Below, piece after piece: positions 1-10,000 of a DNA stretch of 54,978 nucleotides. The stretch lies in contig JAZAIZ010000177.1 of the NCBI GenBank assembly GCA_036230545.1, positions 1-54,978 of the forward strand, written 5' to 3'. Under the pieces are notes generated by a model that was not told the DNA's origin, ran no database searches, and was given only the letters and a program-made list of their open reading frames with translations. Every line of letters begins with the position of its first letter. The stretch's first letter is position 1. The stretch comes from Myxococcota bacterium (GTDB taxonomy: Bacteria; Myxococcota; XYA12-FULL-58-9; JABJBS01). The position numbers and the translations under genes are program-made.

Positions 1-319
1 CTGCACACTCCACCCTCTTCACCTACCACCGGCTCTGTCACTCCCCTGTCACAGGCCAGGAGACCAGCCAAAACAAGAACCCAACCTATCCGCATCTTAC
101 TCTCCCTCTATCACTGGTGAATGAACCTCAATCAGCCCACACCCCCTAGTAAACCAAGCCCGACACCGAATCCAGCGAGGGGCGCAGGAGAGGGCTACCC
201 AAGGTCTCGAATCCTAAAAAGCTGAATATTCGCAACCGCTTAGGATTTCTTCTGCCCCCCCTCCCTCGTCCTGTTTATTCCCTTGTCAAAGGCCCCCTTC
301 CCGGTGTACCCCGCCTCCT

Positions 320-1741
320 ATGAAGTCTCAGGTAACCGTCATTGGAGGAGGCCTCGCCGGCTGTGAAGCTGCGTGGCAGTTGGCAGAGCGAGGTGTCCAC
401 GTCACGCTCATCGAAATGAAGTCGCTGCGCAAAACCCCGGCACAAACCACCGACGCCCTCGCCGAGTTGGTCTGCTCCAATTCCCTGCGCTCCCGCAACC
501 CCCTCAACGCCGTGGGGCTCATCAAAGACGAGATGCAGCGCCTCAACTCCCTGATCATCCACGCCGCCCAAACCAACGCCGTCCCCGCCGGGGACGCCCT
601 GGCGGTGGACCGGGAAGGCTTCAGCGACACCATTGCCTCCCGGATCGACGGGCACCCCAACATCGAGCGACGGGCAGAGGTGGTCACCGCCCTCCCCGAG
701 GAAGGCCCCACCATCGTCGCCACCGGTCCCCTCACCGGCGATGAACTCGCCGCAGACATCGCTCGCGCCACCGGACGGGACCGACTCTATTTCTACGACG
801 CCATCGCCCCCATTATCTCCAGCGAGAGCATCAACCGAGACATCGTCTTCGCCGCCTCCCGCTACGGCAAGGGCGAGGGCAGTGATTATCTCAACTGCCC
901 CCTCAACAAAGAAGAATACGACACCTTCATCGACGAGCTCCTCAGCGCCGAGTACATGCCCCTGCACTCCTTTGAGAAGCCGGTCTATTTCCAAGGCTGC
1001 CAGCCCATCGAGGTCATCGCCGCCGCCGGCAGGGACTCCCTGCGCTTTGGCCCCATGAAGCCCGTAGGGCTCACCGACCCCCGCACCGGCAAGCGCCCCT
1101 GGGCCGTGGTGCAGCTGCGCCAGGAGGACCGCTTTGGTCACTCCTACAACCTCGTCGGCTTTCAAACCAAGCTCAAATACTCCGAGCAAACCCGCATCTT
1201 CCGCGCCATCCCCGGCCTCGAAGACGCCCAATTTATCCGACTCGGCGCCATCCACCGCAACACCTACCTCGACAGCCCCAACCTCCTCGATGAGCAGATG
1301 CGCCTGCGCACCCGGCCCCATCTGCGCTTCGCCGGCCAAATCACCGGCGTTGAGGGCTACGTCGAGAGCGCCGCTCACGGGCTGCTCACCGCGGTGCTTT
1401 TGGCCAAAGACCTCGCCGGCCAGCCCATCGACCACCCCCCTGCCGACACCGCCCTCGGAGCCCTGTGGCGGCACGTCACCGGTGAGCACCGTCTCAACAA
1501 CCGGCCCCACGAGCCCCACAACGTCAACTGGTCGATGTTTCCGGCCGCGCCCCAGGGCGTGTCCAAACGCGAGCGCAAGCGCTACCGAGTGCTGCAAGCC
1601 ATCGACGCCATAGAGCAGTGGGCCCTCAACCACGAGCTGCCCCTGCTGCCCACCACCATCACCGCCGAGCAACTCGCCGACAGCCCACGCCCCCCCAGAC
1701 GCAAACGCTCCACCGCGCCCAGCGCCGACGCAAGCGCCTAA
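320..1741 (+). CDS. trmFO: Methylenetetrahydrofolate--tRNA-(uracil-5-)-methyltransferase TrmFO (Gid)
   Basis: N-terminal FAD motif VIGGGLAGCEAAWQLA, AELVCSNSLRS, YFYDAIAP, FGPMKPVGL, FAGQITGVEGYVES; precedes xerC-hslVU as is typical. Confidence 0.97.
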   Translation: MKSQVTVIGGGLAGCEAAWQLAERGVHVTLIEMKSLRKTPAQTTDALAELVCSNSLRSRNPLNAVGLIKDEMQRLNSLIIHAAQTNAVPAGDALAVDREGFSDTIASRIDGHPNIERRAEVVTALPEEGPTIVATGPLTGDELAADIARATGRDRLYFYDAIAPIISSESINRDIVFAASRYGKGEGSDYLNCPLNKEEYDTFIDELLSAEYMPLHSFEKPVYFQGCQPIEVIAAAGRDSLRFGPMKPVGLTDPRTGKRPWAVVQLRQEDRFGHSYNLVGFQTKLKYSEQTRIFRAIPGLEDAQFIRLGAIHRNTYLDSPNLLDEQMRLRTRPHLRFAGQITGVEGYVESAAHGLLTAVLLAKDLAGQPIDHPPADTALGALWRHVTGEHRLNNRPHEPHNVNWSMFPAAPQGVSKRERKRYRVLQAIDAIEQWALNHELPLLPTTITAEQLADSPRPPRRKRSTAPSADASA

Positions 1742-1785
1742 AACAAATTACTTGCAGTTTTGAGGGGAGTGATTACCATTCAGGG

Positions 1786-2718
1786 GTGACCAAAGCACCT
1801 CCGAACAAACCCCTTAGCAACGAATGCGGCGCGCTCATCGATGGTTTCTCCCGCTACCTGCTTCAAGAGCGCCGCTACTCTGAAAACACCGCCCGGGCCT
1901 ACATCACCGATCTGCGCACCTTCATGCACTTCGCCATAACCCGAAGCGCCCCGCGGCCCCATCAGTGGACCACCGACCTGCTCCGCTCCTCCCTCGCCCA
2001 CGCCCGCACAACCTCCGGCACCCCCCTCAGCCCCCAAAGCCTGGCCCGACGGCACAGCACCTTCAAGACCTTCTTCACCTGGCTCAACCGGGACACCCCC
2101 GAGCGGCCCAACCCCGCCGCAGCCCTGCAAAAACCCCGACTCCCCCAATCTCTCCCCCGAGCGGTGGACGCCGACTCCGTGATGGCCCTCCTGGCTCCCC
2201 CAAAAACCTCCTCACTTCGGGACGCCCGCGACCACGCCGCCCTGCTTCTGCTCTACGGTCTGGGGCTTCGACTCCAGGAGGCGGCCAACCTCCGGCTTAA
2301 CCAACTCGATCTCAAGGAGGCCACCGCCCACGTGGTGGGCAAGGGGCAAAAAGAGCGCGTACTCCCCATCCCCGAAGGTTGCCTCCCAGGCCTGCTCCAC
2401 TACCAAAGCCAGCGCCCCACCCCCACCTCCCCCTATTTTCTGGTGGGCCGTGGGGAGCGCCCCCACTCTCCCCGAACCATCGCCCGCCCCGTAGACCGAC
2501 AGGCCCTGAGCACCCTGGGGCAAAAGGTCAGCCCCCACCAGCTGCGCCACTCCTTCGCCACCCACCTCCTCGCCGGCGGCGCCAACCTCCGGGAAATCCA
2601 GACCCTTCTGGGACACAGCAACCTCTCCACCACCCAGCGCTACACCAAAATCACCGCCGAGCGCCTCTTCGCAGTCTACGACCAGGCCCACCCCCGCAGC
2701 GCCCCCTCGGAGGATTGA
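1786..2718 (+). CDS. xerC: Tyrosine recombinase XerC-like
   Basis: Catalytic motifs GLRLQE, GKGQKER, HQLRHSFATHLL, LGH, TTQRYT; N-terminal YSENTARAY; GTG start at 1786 chosen within ORF 1618-2718 to avoid overlapping trmFO; trmFO-xerC-hslVU context. Confidence 0.9.
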   Translation: MTKAPPNKPLSNECGALIDGFSRYLLQERRYSENTARAYITDLRTFMHFAITRSAPRPHQWTTDLLRSSLAHARTTSGTPLSPQSLARRHSTFKTFFTWLNRDTPERPNPAAALQKPRLPQSLPRAVDADSVMALLAPPKTSSLRDARDHAALLLLYGLGLRLQEAANLRLNQLDLKEATAHVVGKGQKERVLPIPEGCLPGLLHYQSQRPTPTSPYFLVGRGERPHSPRTIARPVDRQALSTLGQKVSPHQLRHSFATHLLAGGANLREIQTLLGHSNLSTTQRYTKITAERLFAVYDQAHPRSAPSED

Positions 2719-2751
2719 CAGAGTGGAGTCAGGCGCTTACAAGCGGCCACC

Positions 2752-3486
2752 ATGTCCAACGCATCCAACGTCCCCAAACATGCCCCCGAGCGCCGGGCCG
2801 TCGTTCTGCTCTCCGGCGGGCTCGACTCCGCCACCGTGCTGGCCATCGCCCGCGCCGAGGGCTTCACCCCCTACGTCCTGAGCTTCGCCTACGGCCAACG
2901 GCAAACCATTGAGCTCAACGCCGCCCGACAGGTCGTGAGCGCCTTCGGAGCCAAAGAGCACCGCACCGTCGAGATCGACCTGCGAGCCTTCGGCGGCTCC
3001 GCTCTCACCTCCGAAATCGATGTGCCCAAAGACCGCGCCCCGGACGCCATGGCCGACGCAGGCATCCCCATCACCTACGTCCCCGCCCGCAACACCATCT
3101 TCCTCTCCTACGCCCTGGCGTGGGCAGAGGTGCTGGGCGCTTTCGACATCTTCATCGGGGTCAACGCCGTCGACTACTCCGGCTACCCCGATTGCCGCGG
3201 CGAGTTCATTGCGGCCTACCAATCCATGGCCAATTTAGCCACCGCCGCCGCCGTTGAAGGAAAAGGGGCCTTTACAATCCACACTCCGCTCCTTACCTTA
3301 ACCAAGGCTCAAATCATCCAGCGAGGCGTGGAGCTGGGCGTCGACTACGGCATGACCCACTCCTGCTACGATCCCGTTGATGATTCAGCCTGTGGCCGGT
3401 GTGACTCCTGCCTGCTGCGACGAGATGGATTTAAACAGGCGGGGGTCTCCGATCCCACACGTTACACGACCACCCTTTACCCCTAG
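2752..3486 (+). CDS. queC: 7-cyano-7-deazaguanine (preQ0) synthase QueC
   Basis: [37 protein letters not shown]...[10 protein letters not shown] zinc motif. Confidence 0.96.
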   Translation: MSNASNVPKHAPERRAVVLLSGGLDSATVLAIARAEGFTPYVLSFAYGQRQTIELNAARQVVSAFGAKEHRTVEIDLRAFGGSALTSEIDVPKDRAPDAMADAGIPITYVPARNTIFLSYALAWAEVLGAFDIFIGVNAVDYSGYPDCRGEFIAAYQSMANLATAAAVEGKGAFTIHTPLLTLTKAQIIQRGVELGVDYGMTHSCYDPVDDSACGRCDSCLLRRDGFKQAGVSDPTRYTTTLYP

Positions 3487-3499
3487 AGAGGTACACAAA

Positions 3500-4051
3500 A
3501 TGGCATCAGAGAGCATGCGCGGAACCACCATCCTCGGAGTACGCCGGGGCAACCAGGTTGTCATCGCCGCCGACGGCCAGGTGACCCTGGGCAACACCGT
3601 CGTCAAACACGGCGCATCCAAATTAAGGCGACTCTACGGCGGCAAAGTTATCGCCGGCTTCGCTGGCGCCACCGCCGACGCCTTCACCCTCTTTGAGCGC
3701 TTCGAAGCCAGGCTCAAAGACTACCACGGCAACGTCACCCGCGCCGCGGTGGAGCTCGCCAAAGACTGGCGCACCGATCGAGCCCTGCGCCGGCTCGAAG
3801 CCATGCTCTTAATCGCCGACACCGAGAAGACCCTTCTTATCTCGGGCACCGGTGACGTCATCGAACCCGACCACGGGGCCGTAGCCATCGGCTCCGGCGG
3901 CAACTTCGCCCTCTCTGCGGCCCGGGTCCTCCTTAGCCACAGCGAACTCGCTCCCCGCGAGATCGCCACCGAGGCCATGCAAATCGCCGCCGAACTCTGC
4001 ATCTACACCAACAGCCACCTCATCTTTGAGGAATTGGGCAACCACGAGTAA
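3500..4051 (+). CDS. hslV: ATP-dependent protease subunit HslV
   Basis: Short propeptide then catalytic TTILGVRR; [38 protein letters not shown]; ATG at 3500 preceded by GAGAGG. Confidence 0.96.
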   Translation: MASESMRGTTILGVRRGNQVVIAADGQVTLGNTVVKHGASKLRRLYGGKVIAGFAGATADAFTLFERFEARLKDYHGNVTRAAVELAKDWRTDRALRRLEAMLLIADTEKTLLISGTGDVIEPDHGAVAIGSGGNFALSAARVLLSHSELAPREIATEAMQIAAELCIYTNSHLIFEELGNHE

Positions 4052-4056
4052 GCACC

Positions 4057-5424
4057 ATGTCCACACACACACCCGATAGCTCTTTTACTCCCCGTGAAAT
4101 CGTCAGCGAACTGGACCGCTTCATTGTCGGCCAGGACAAGGCCAAACGCGCGGTCGCCATCGCCCTGAGAAATCGCTGGCGCCGACAGCGCGTCCCCGAA
4201 GAACTCCGGGATGAGATCTCCCCCAAAAACATCATCCTCATCGGCTCCACCGGCGTAGGCAAGACCGAAATCGCCCGTCGTCTGGCCAAGCTCGCCCACG
4301 CCCCCTTCATAAAAATCGAGGCCTCCAAATTCACCGAGGTTGGCTACGTCGGCCGCGATGTCGACTCCATGATCCGCGACCTCGCCGAAAACGCCATCCA
4401 GATGGTACGAGAGGAGGCCAAAGAGCGGGTGATGGTCAGCGCCGAAGCCAACGCCGAAGAGCGTGTCCTCGATGCCCTCCTGCCCCGCCCCGCCACGCCC
4501 CAATACGAGCAAAACGACGAGCAAGCCCCCGCAAGCGACGACACCAGCCGCGAGGCCATGCGCCGCATGCTGCGCTCCGGGAGCCTGAACGAGCGTGAGG
4601 TTGACGTCGACACCGTCGAAAAGTCCATGCCCACCATGCAGGTCTTCTCCAACTCGGGGATGGAAGACATGGGCATGCAGATTCAGGACATGATGGGCCA
4701 GATGATGGGCGGCAAAAACAAAACCCGCAAACGCCGCGTAACCGTGGCTGAGGCCATGGAAATCTTCACTCAGGAGGAGGCCCACAAGCTCATCGATCAA
4801 GACCAGGTCGTCAAAGAGGCCCTTGAGCGCGCCGAAAACTCGGGCATCGTCTTCCTCGACGAGATCGACAAAATCGCCAAGCGCGGTGGCGGCCAGGGCC
4901 CCGAAGTCTCCCGCGAAGGGGTCCAACGGGACATCCTCCCCATCGTCGAGGGCTCCACGGTCACCACCAAATACGGTCAAATCAAAACCGACCACATCCT
5001 CTTCATCGCCGCCGGCGCGTTCCATGTGAGCAAGGTCAGCGACCTCATCCCCGAGCTTCAGGGACGCTTCCCCATTCGCGTCGAGCTCGACGCCCTCGGC
5101 GAGAAAGAGCTCCTGCAAATCCTGCGGGAACCTCAAAATGCCCTGCCCATTCAATACAAGGCGCTCCTGCACACCGAAAAGGTTAACCTCGACTTCACCG
5201 AAGAGGGGCTCCAGGAGGTCGCCCGCATCGCCGCCGAGGCCAACACCCGGGCCGAAAACATCGGCGCTCGACGCCTGCACACGGTCATGGAGAAGCTCCT
5301 CGAAGACCTCTCCTTCCACGGCCCTGAGCGCACCAACGAAGAGGTCTCCATCGATCAACCCTTCGTCACCAGCACCCTCTCGGAGTTTTTAGAGAGCGAA
5401 GACCTCAGCCGCTACATTCTCTAA
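4057..5424 (+). CDS. hslU: ATP-dependent protease ATPase subunit HslU
   Basis: [16 protein letters not shown], Walker [17 protein letters not shown], Walker [17 protein letters not shown]-terminal DLSRYIL. Confidence 0.97.
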   Translation: MSTHTPDSSFTPREIVSELDRFIVGQDKAKRAVAIALRNRWRRQRVPEELRDEISPKNIILIGSTGVGKTEIARRLAKLAHAPFIKIEASKFTEVGYVGRDVDSMIRDLAENAIQMVREEAKERVMVSAEANAEERVLDALLPRPATPQYEQNDEQAPASDDTSREAMRRMLRSGSLNEREVDVDTVEKSMPTMQVFSNSGMEDMGMQIQDMMGQMMGGKNKTRKRRVTVAEAMEIFTQEEAHKLIDQDQVVKEALERAENSGIVFLDEIDKIAKRGGGQGPEVSREGVQRDILPIVEGSTVTTKYGQIKTDHILFIAAGAFHVSKVSDLIPELQGRFPIRVELDALGEKELLQILREPQNALPIQYKALLHTEKVNLDFTEEGLQEVARIAAEANTRAENIGARRLHTVMEKLLEDLSFHGPERTNEEVSIDQPFVTSTLSEFLESEDLSRYIL

Positions 5425-5437
5425 GCCCCACGGCGGG

Positions 5438-6064
5438 TCATTCCCCGTAGAGCCAATGGATATAATAAGGGTACACCTGCCGCCCCTCGCTTAAGGGGAG
5501 CCGCTTCAAGCGCGCGGCGGTGCCCTGGGTCGGCAGGAGGGTCACCACCTTTCCCGCCAGGTGCTCCCCCACCAGATCGCATCCATACACCCCGCCCTCC
5601 GCATTAAAGCTGCACCCAAAAAGTCGGGCCAGCAGCTCCCGCATCGGATACACCCGACAAACGCCATCCTCCCCCAAAATGGGGCAGCGATAACGCAGCT
5701 GTGAGGCCAGCTTAAAGTGATCTGACTCCCCCTCAGGCACTGGCCCACTCAAGGCCTCAATCACCGCCTGATTCTCCGCATAGAGAGCCAGGCCCTTTTC
5801 GATGATGCGCTCGCGCTCGTTTGCCTCAAGGTTCTGCTGAATCCAATCCCAGGCCCCGAAAAACTCCAGCGGGGTTAAAAAGACGCTCTCGTGACAGCAG
5901 GCATCGCACCCGCGATGGCAGGGCAAATCAAGGCTCTTCGTGTTGACCTCATTGCGGGCGTCCACGTCGGCGTAGATGGCCCTGAGTTCCTCCAGGGCCG
6001 GCTCCAGCTCCACCCCTTCCTGCGCCGCCAGCGCATGAAGGTCTATGGGGGGAAAACGCTCCAT
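5438..6064 (-). CDS. YkgJ-family cysteine-cluster (putative Zn/Fe-S) protein
   Basis: CHRGCDACC and CPIL...GVCRVYPMR motifs typical of the CxxCxxCC family. Confidence 0.75.
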   Translation of the reverse strand: MERFPPIDLHALAAQEGVELEPALEELRAIYADVDARNEVNTKSLDLPCHRGCDACCHESVFLTPLEFFGAWDWIQQNLEANERERIIEKGLALYAENQAVIEALSGPVPEGESDHFKLASQLRYRCPILGEDGVCRVYPMRELLARLFGCSFNAEGGVYGCDLVGEHLAGKVVTLLPTQGTAARLKRLPLSEGRQVYPYYIHWLYGE

Positions 6065-6090
6065 ACCCCAAGCATGGCACGGGGGCCCGC

Positions 6091-6948
6091 CTAAGCCAAG
6101 CTCGGCTCCAAATCGGGCCCCTTCGAGTCATCGCGCTCGCGGGCCAGCCACGACGAGGGCAGATCCGCCTCCACCGAGGCCGCCTCCAGCTCAAGATACG
6201 AGGCCGGGGAAAACAGAGAAAGCTGATTAGAGACGTTGATTTGCCGAATGATGTCTTCGCTTTGCTGCGCCCCCGCCGATGCCATGCGCTCATAGGCGAG
6301 GTTGATAGCCATCTGACTCAGGTCGTTGCCCGCGAAAGACCGGTCGTTCAACACCGCCGCAATGCCTGTAGACGATGACCCCATAAAGGGATCTGCCACC
6401 AATTCACCAGGCTCGGTGCTCTGACGAATGAGTGTCTCCGCAATGGAAACCGGCTTTTCGGTCGGGTAGCCCGTGGAGACCCGAGGTGCCTCCAGAATGT
6501 CGGCGATGCCCAAATCATTGAGACGGCGCTTGCCCTTCTCAAAAAAGAGGATGCACTCATAACGGGCCCGATAATGATAGCCCATCCCGATTCGACGCTT
6601 GTCCCAAATCAAGGGCTTCCAAAAAGTCAGCCCCACCTTCTCGGCGATGGGTTTGGCCACAAACATCGTCTCTGCGTCGCAAAAGAGATAAAAGTGCCGG
6701 TCGGTCTTTAGAACTCGCACAATCTCCGAAAAGAACTCTTCAAAACGATGATTCGGGAAAATCTCAAACCACTCATTGCTCGAGGACTTGCTGTGACTCA
6801 AGCGGGTGGTTGTCCCCACTGCTCGATGCTTTTCCAACGACTCGTAGGGAGGGTCGGTCACCACGAGGTCGAGGCATTCATCGGGGAGGCGTCGAAGCCA
6901 CTCCACCGCATCGGAATGAAAAAGCTGAAAATAGGCATCACGAATCAT
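6091..6948 (-). CDS. Orphan N6-adenine/N4-cytosine DNA methyltransferase, beta class
   Basis: Motif IV VVTDPPY near the N-terminus; YPTEKP and motif I DPFMGSSST near the C-terminus (beta order); no adjacent endonuclease. Confidence 0.88.
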   Translation of the reverse strand: MIRDAYFQLFHSDAVEWLRRLPDECLDLVVTDPPYESLEKHRAVGTTTRLSHSKSSSNEWFEIFPNHRFEEFFSEIVRVLKTDRHFYLFCDAETMFVAKPIAEKVGLTFWKPLIWDKRRIGMGYHYRARYECILFFEKGKRRLNDLGIADILEAPRVSTGYPTEKPVSIAETLIRQSTEPGELVADPFMGSSSTGIAAVLNDRSFAGNDLSQMAINLAYERMASAGAQQSEDIIRQINVSNQLSLFSPASYLELEAASVEADLPSSWLARERDDSKGPDLEPSLA

Positions 6949-6989
6949 CCAAGGGCCTTAACAGCTTCCCCCGACAAAATCGAGCAGCC

Positions 6990-7028
6990 AAAAAAAAAGC
7001 CCGGCACATCGAAATGCACCGGGCTTTT
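6990..7028 (-). terminator. Rho-independent terminator of the OMP-metzincin operon
   Basis: Minus-strand GCCCGGUGCAU-UUCG-AUGUGCCGGGC stem-loop followed by a U9 tract, 22 nt after the stop at 7051. Confidence 0.9.
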
Positions 7029-7050
7029 ATCATCTCTTTATCGAGAAGCC

Positions 7051-10000
7051 TTAACCACCAAACTCGGTGACGTAGGCCATGTCTCGCATGATATCCAGCG
7101 AGCTGGCGCGCTCATTCACGCCGGCCTCAGCCTTCTCAAGCACCACCTCCGCCGCCAGCAGGGCGTCACGGTTAGCGCTTGAGTTCAGAGTCTCGTAGTT
7201 GGCCTTGGCAGTTTGCCACGTGGTCAACGCAGGAGCATAGGTGCTGTCCGCATACTCCTGAGCTTCCGTCAGCATGTGAGCGCCGAAGTGCATCTCATAG
7301 TTATCCTTCGCTTCTTTCATCTCCAGATAAGCCCGATGCAATTCCTGCTCGTCTACCCCGCCAGTGGCCTTGAGTGTGAGGTAATCCGCCTCAGCAATAT
7401 CCATCAACCCAGAGAGGGTGAAGGGCTGCATCTGCGCATCGTCACTCTCCAACACCCCGGGGCTGTGGTAAGTGTAGCCGGTGATGGGATCAACATAGGT
7501 TGTGATGTTGGCATCCATGGTGCCGTCATCGTTCAGGTCAGCTTCCATGTCCATGCAGTCCCGATAACCATTGAGACAAACCCGGCCGTAGGACGAGTAG
7601 TCGATGGTATAATCGTACATGGAGTTAAAACGAACCATGGGGAGCACCGTCGCGTAATAACGCAAAGTCCAGCTCCAGGAGCCTGCAATTTTGGGCAAGT
7701 CCATGGCTGAGGTGTCCCGAACGTAGTCTTCATCAGCGATGTCGGCTTCCTGCTTCTTGTAGATGTCCACAATGGGCAGCTCCAGAAACTTACCGTCGGT
7801 ATCCAGACGCCAGGAGAAGTCACCGTGCTTGCCAGTGATGGCCGGTCCAAAGAACTTCACCATCTCCGGTCGGAGGCTTCTCCAGTAAGAGAGAGAGAAA
7901 GAGCCCGAATCAAACCAGTCCGAGAAGTTCCGGTAGAAACTGCCTTCGTTGTAGGTCATGGCCCACAGCGCGACATATTTATCCCAGTAGGTGCCGATTT
8001 GAGTCACTTTGTAATTGTACTCATCAGTCCACTTGGTGCGTAGGTTCTTACCAACTCCCAGGGGAATCTCCAGTTCGTCTCCAGCCGCGCAGCCAGGCAG
8101 AATATTGCCTTCGCCGTCATCCCAGTGAACGTAGGTGTTGTCGTCATTCTTACAGTGCCAACCCGGCTCTGGCTGGTTCACCACCGAGGCCAGGTAGTTC
8201 AACCCTTCCATAGCGGATGCCTGCCAATCCCGACCAACACCGAAATCCGTCAGGTAGAGGTAGTCGCCGTTTTTGTCATAGCCCATGCCGTTATTTCCGT
8301 AGAAATAGTATCGGTACACACCAGACATGGCGCTGAAATAGCGAGAGTACAATCGATAAGCATAGCTTCCCAGATTCAGACCAAACTCAAAGCGGTCACG
8401 CTTGAAGTTCGAGAATACATAGTAGCGGTCATGACGTAACGCGCGGTCCTGAATGACCTCAGTCATGTTCGCGCCTTTGTCCCATGCCTGGCATCGCACG
8501 TTGGACTCCCAACGATACTCATCCGGACAGAAGGCGTAAGGAACCTCATCGTAAGGAATGTCGTAATCCACATCGTTGTGATAATCACTCCACTCTTGGT
8601 AGAGCACCTCGTTGGGCACAAACTTCCGCTTGGAGATGTTCTCGGGCTTGGGCGCAGTGGTCTTCAACGCGTCCTTATAGTAGCTGTTGATGTGGCGACT
8701 ATAGAGGGCGTAGTTGGTGTCCGCGGTCACCTCATCATCAGCGCTGGCATAATCACCATAATAAGCGTTCGCCATGCTGTAATCGGGATGACAGTTCTCA
8801 AAGCGGCTGGGGCACGACAGGCTGCCATCAAACACCTTCGGAATGTCGTGGTAGCTATTGAGGAAGAGGAGGCTCTGATAACCCAGGGCCGCAAAATCTC
8901 CATCAAAGACTTCAACCATCTCGCCATAACCAAAGTGAATCGCCGCGTTGTCATAAGGGCCAATGCCCTCAAAGGAGTCGGCATAAAAACGAGCATCGTA
9001 ATCCATGATGGTGGAGTACATCAGACGCTCTGCTTTAGTGGGCTCCTCGTTGTCATCCACGTATTGAATCTTCTCCTTCTGCACATCGTAATGGTCCCAG
9101 AAGGAGTGGTGGAAGTTCAGAGGATCCATGGAGCCTTCGAAGTTGTGACGAAGCCCGATGGTGTGTCCCACCTCGTGCGCCATAACTCCGCGGTAGATGT
9201 TCTCACGCATGAAGCTGTAGATCTCTTCCCAGCTCATGTCTTTCAGCTCAAGGGCCATGGAAGCCATGCCCTCATCAGCCCAACTTTCAAGCAGAATGGT
9301 GTCTTCAGCCAGTCGTTTCTCAAAAGCGTCCATAGCCTTCTGATAACCAAACTCGTCCATGGTCCAATCAAGGGCGCTGAAGTCCCGGGCGCCGTTGGAG
9401 GTTCCCACACCAGGCTGGAAACCGTCCGGTCCAAGGATACCACGACGATGCTCATCGCTGGTGAGCAGCTCTCGGTCGATACGAGAACCACGCAAGCGCT
9501 GCAGCTTGGCGCGAGAGGTCGCCGTGGCCATCTCCCGCATCTCAGGGGTCATCGCGGGAGCGTTAATGTTCACCCGCAGGGCACCCTTAGCCATCTTCTC
9601 AGGAGCTGCGCTGTTGAACGATCGCTCCATGTGATTTTGAGCGCGGAACTCACGATTCATGCGCTCCATTTTCTCGAGGTCAAAGCCAGCGTGTCGAGCC
9701 TGCGCATCGGGGATGTCGGTGTTAAAACGATGAGACTTCATGTGCTCACGCACGTGGGTCCCGTTCACCATATTCGCCATATCGATGTCGTTGTTCATCA
9801 ACTCAACAATGTCCGCAGCATAGGCGGAGAGTCGGTCGATGGAAGCACCGTAGATGTTGGCGTTGGCAGAGATCAACTCACCAGAGATAGGGTCAGCCGA
9901 GGAGGGGCCATAGCCCAGAGGACCATTTTGAGGAGTGTCCACCCAGTGGAAAAAGCTGTGACGAAGGTCCGCGGTCTTTTCCCAGGTGAAGTCGCCCTTG

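Noticed and set aside
275-1672. Long antisense ORFs opposite trmFO, and likewise 4003-5358, 17039-18511, 25513-26493, 28944-29900, 30075-31949, 52053-53015
   Set aside because: Each mirrors a clearly identifiable gene on the other strand, as is typical of GC-rich DNA
1786-6948. Mobile defence or DNA-modification island (recombinase + queC + MTase; Dpd- or QatC-like)
   Set aside because: The recombinase is in the housekeeping xerC position, QueC is canonical in length and motifs, there is no dpdA/tgt-like or qat gene, and queG elsewhere supports ordinary queuosine synthesis
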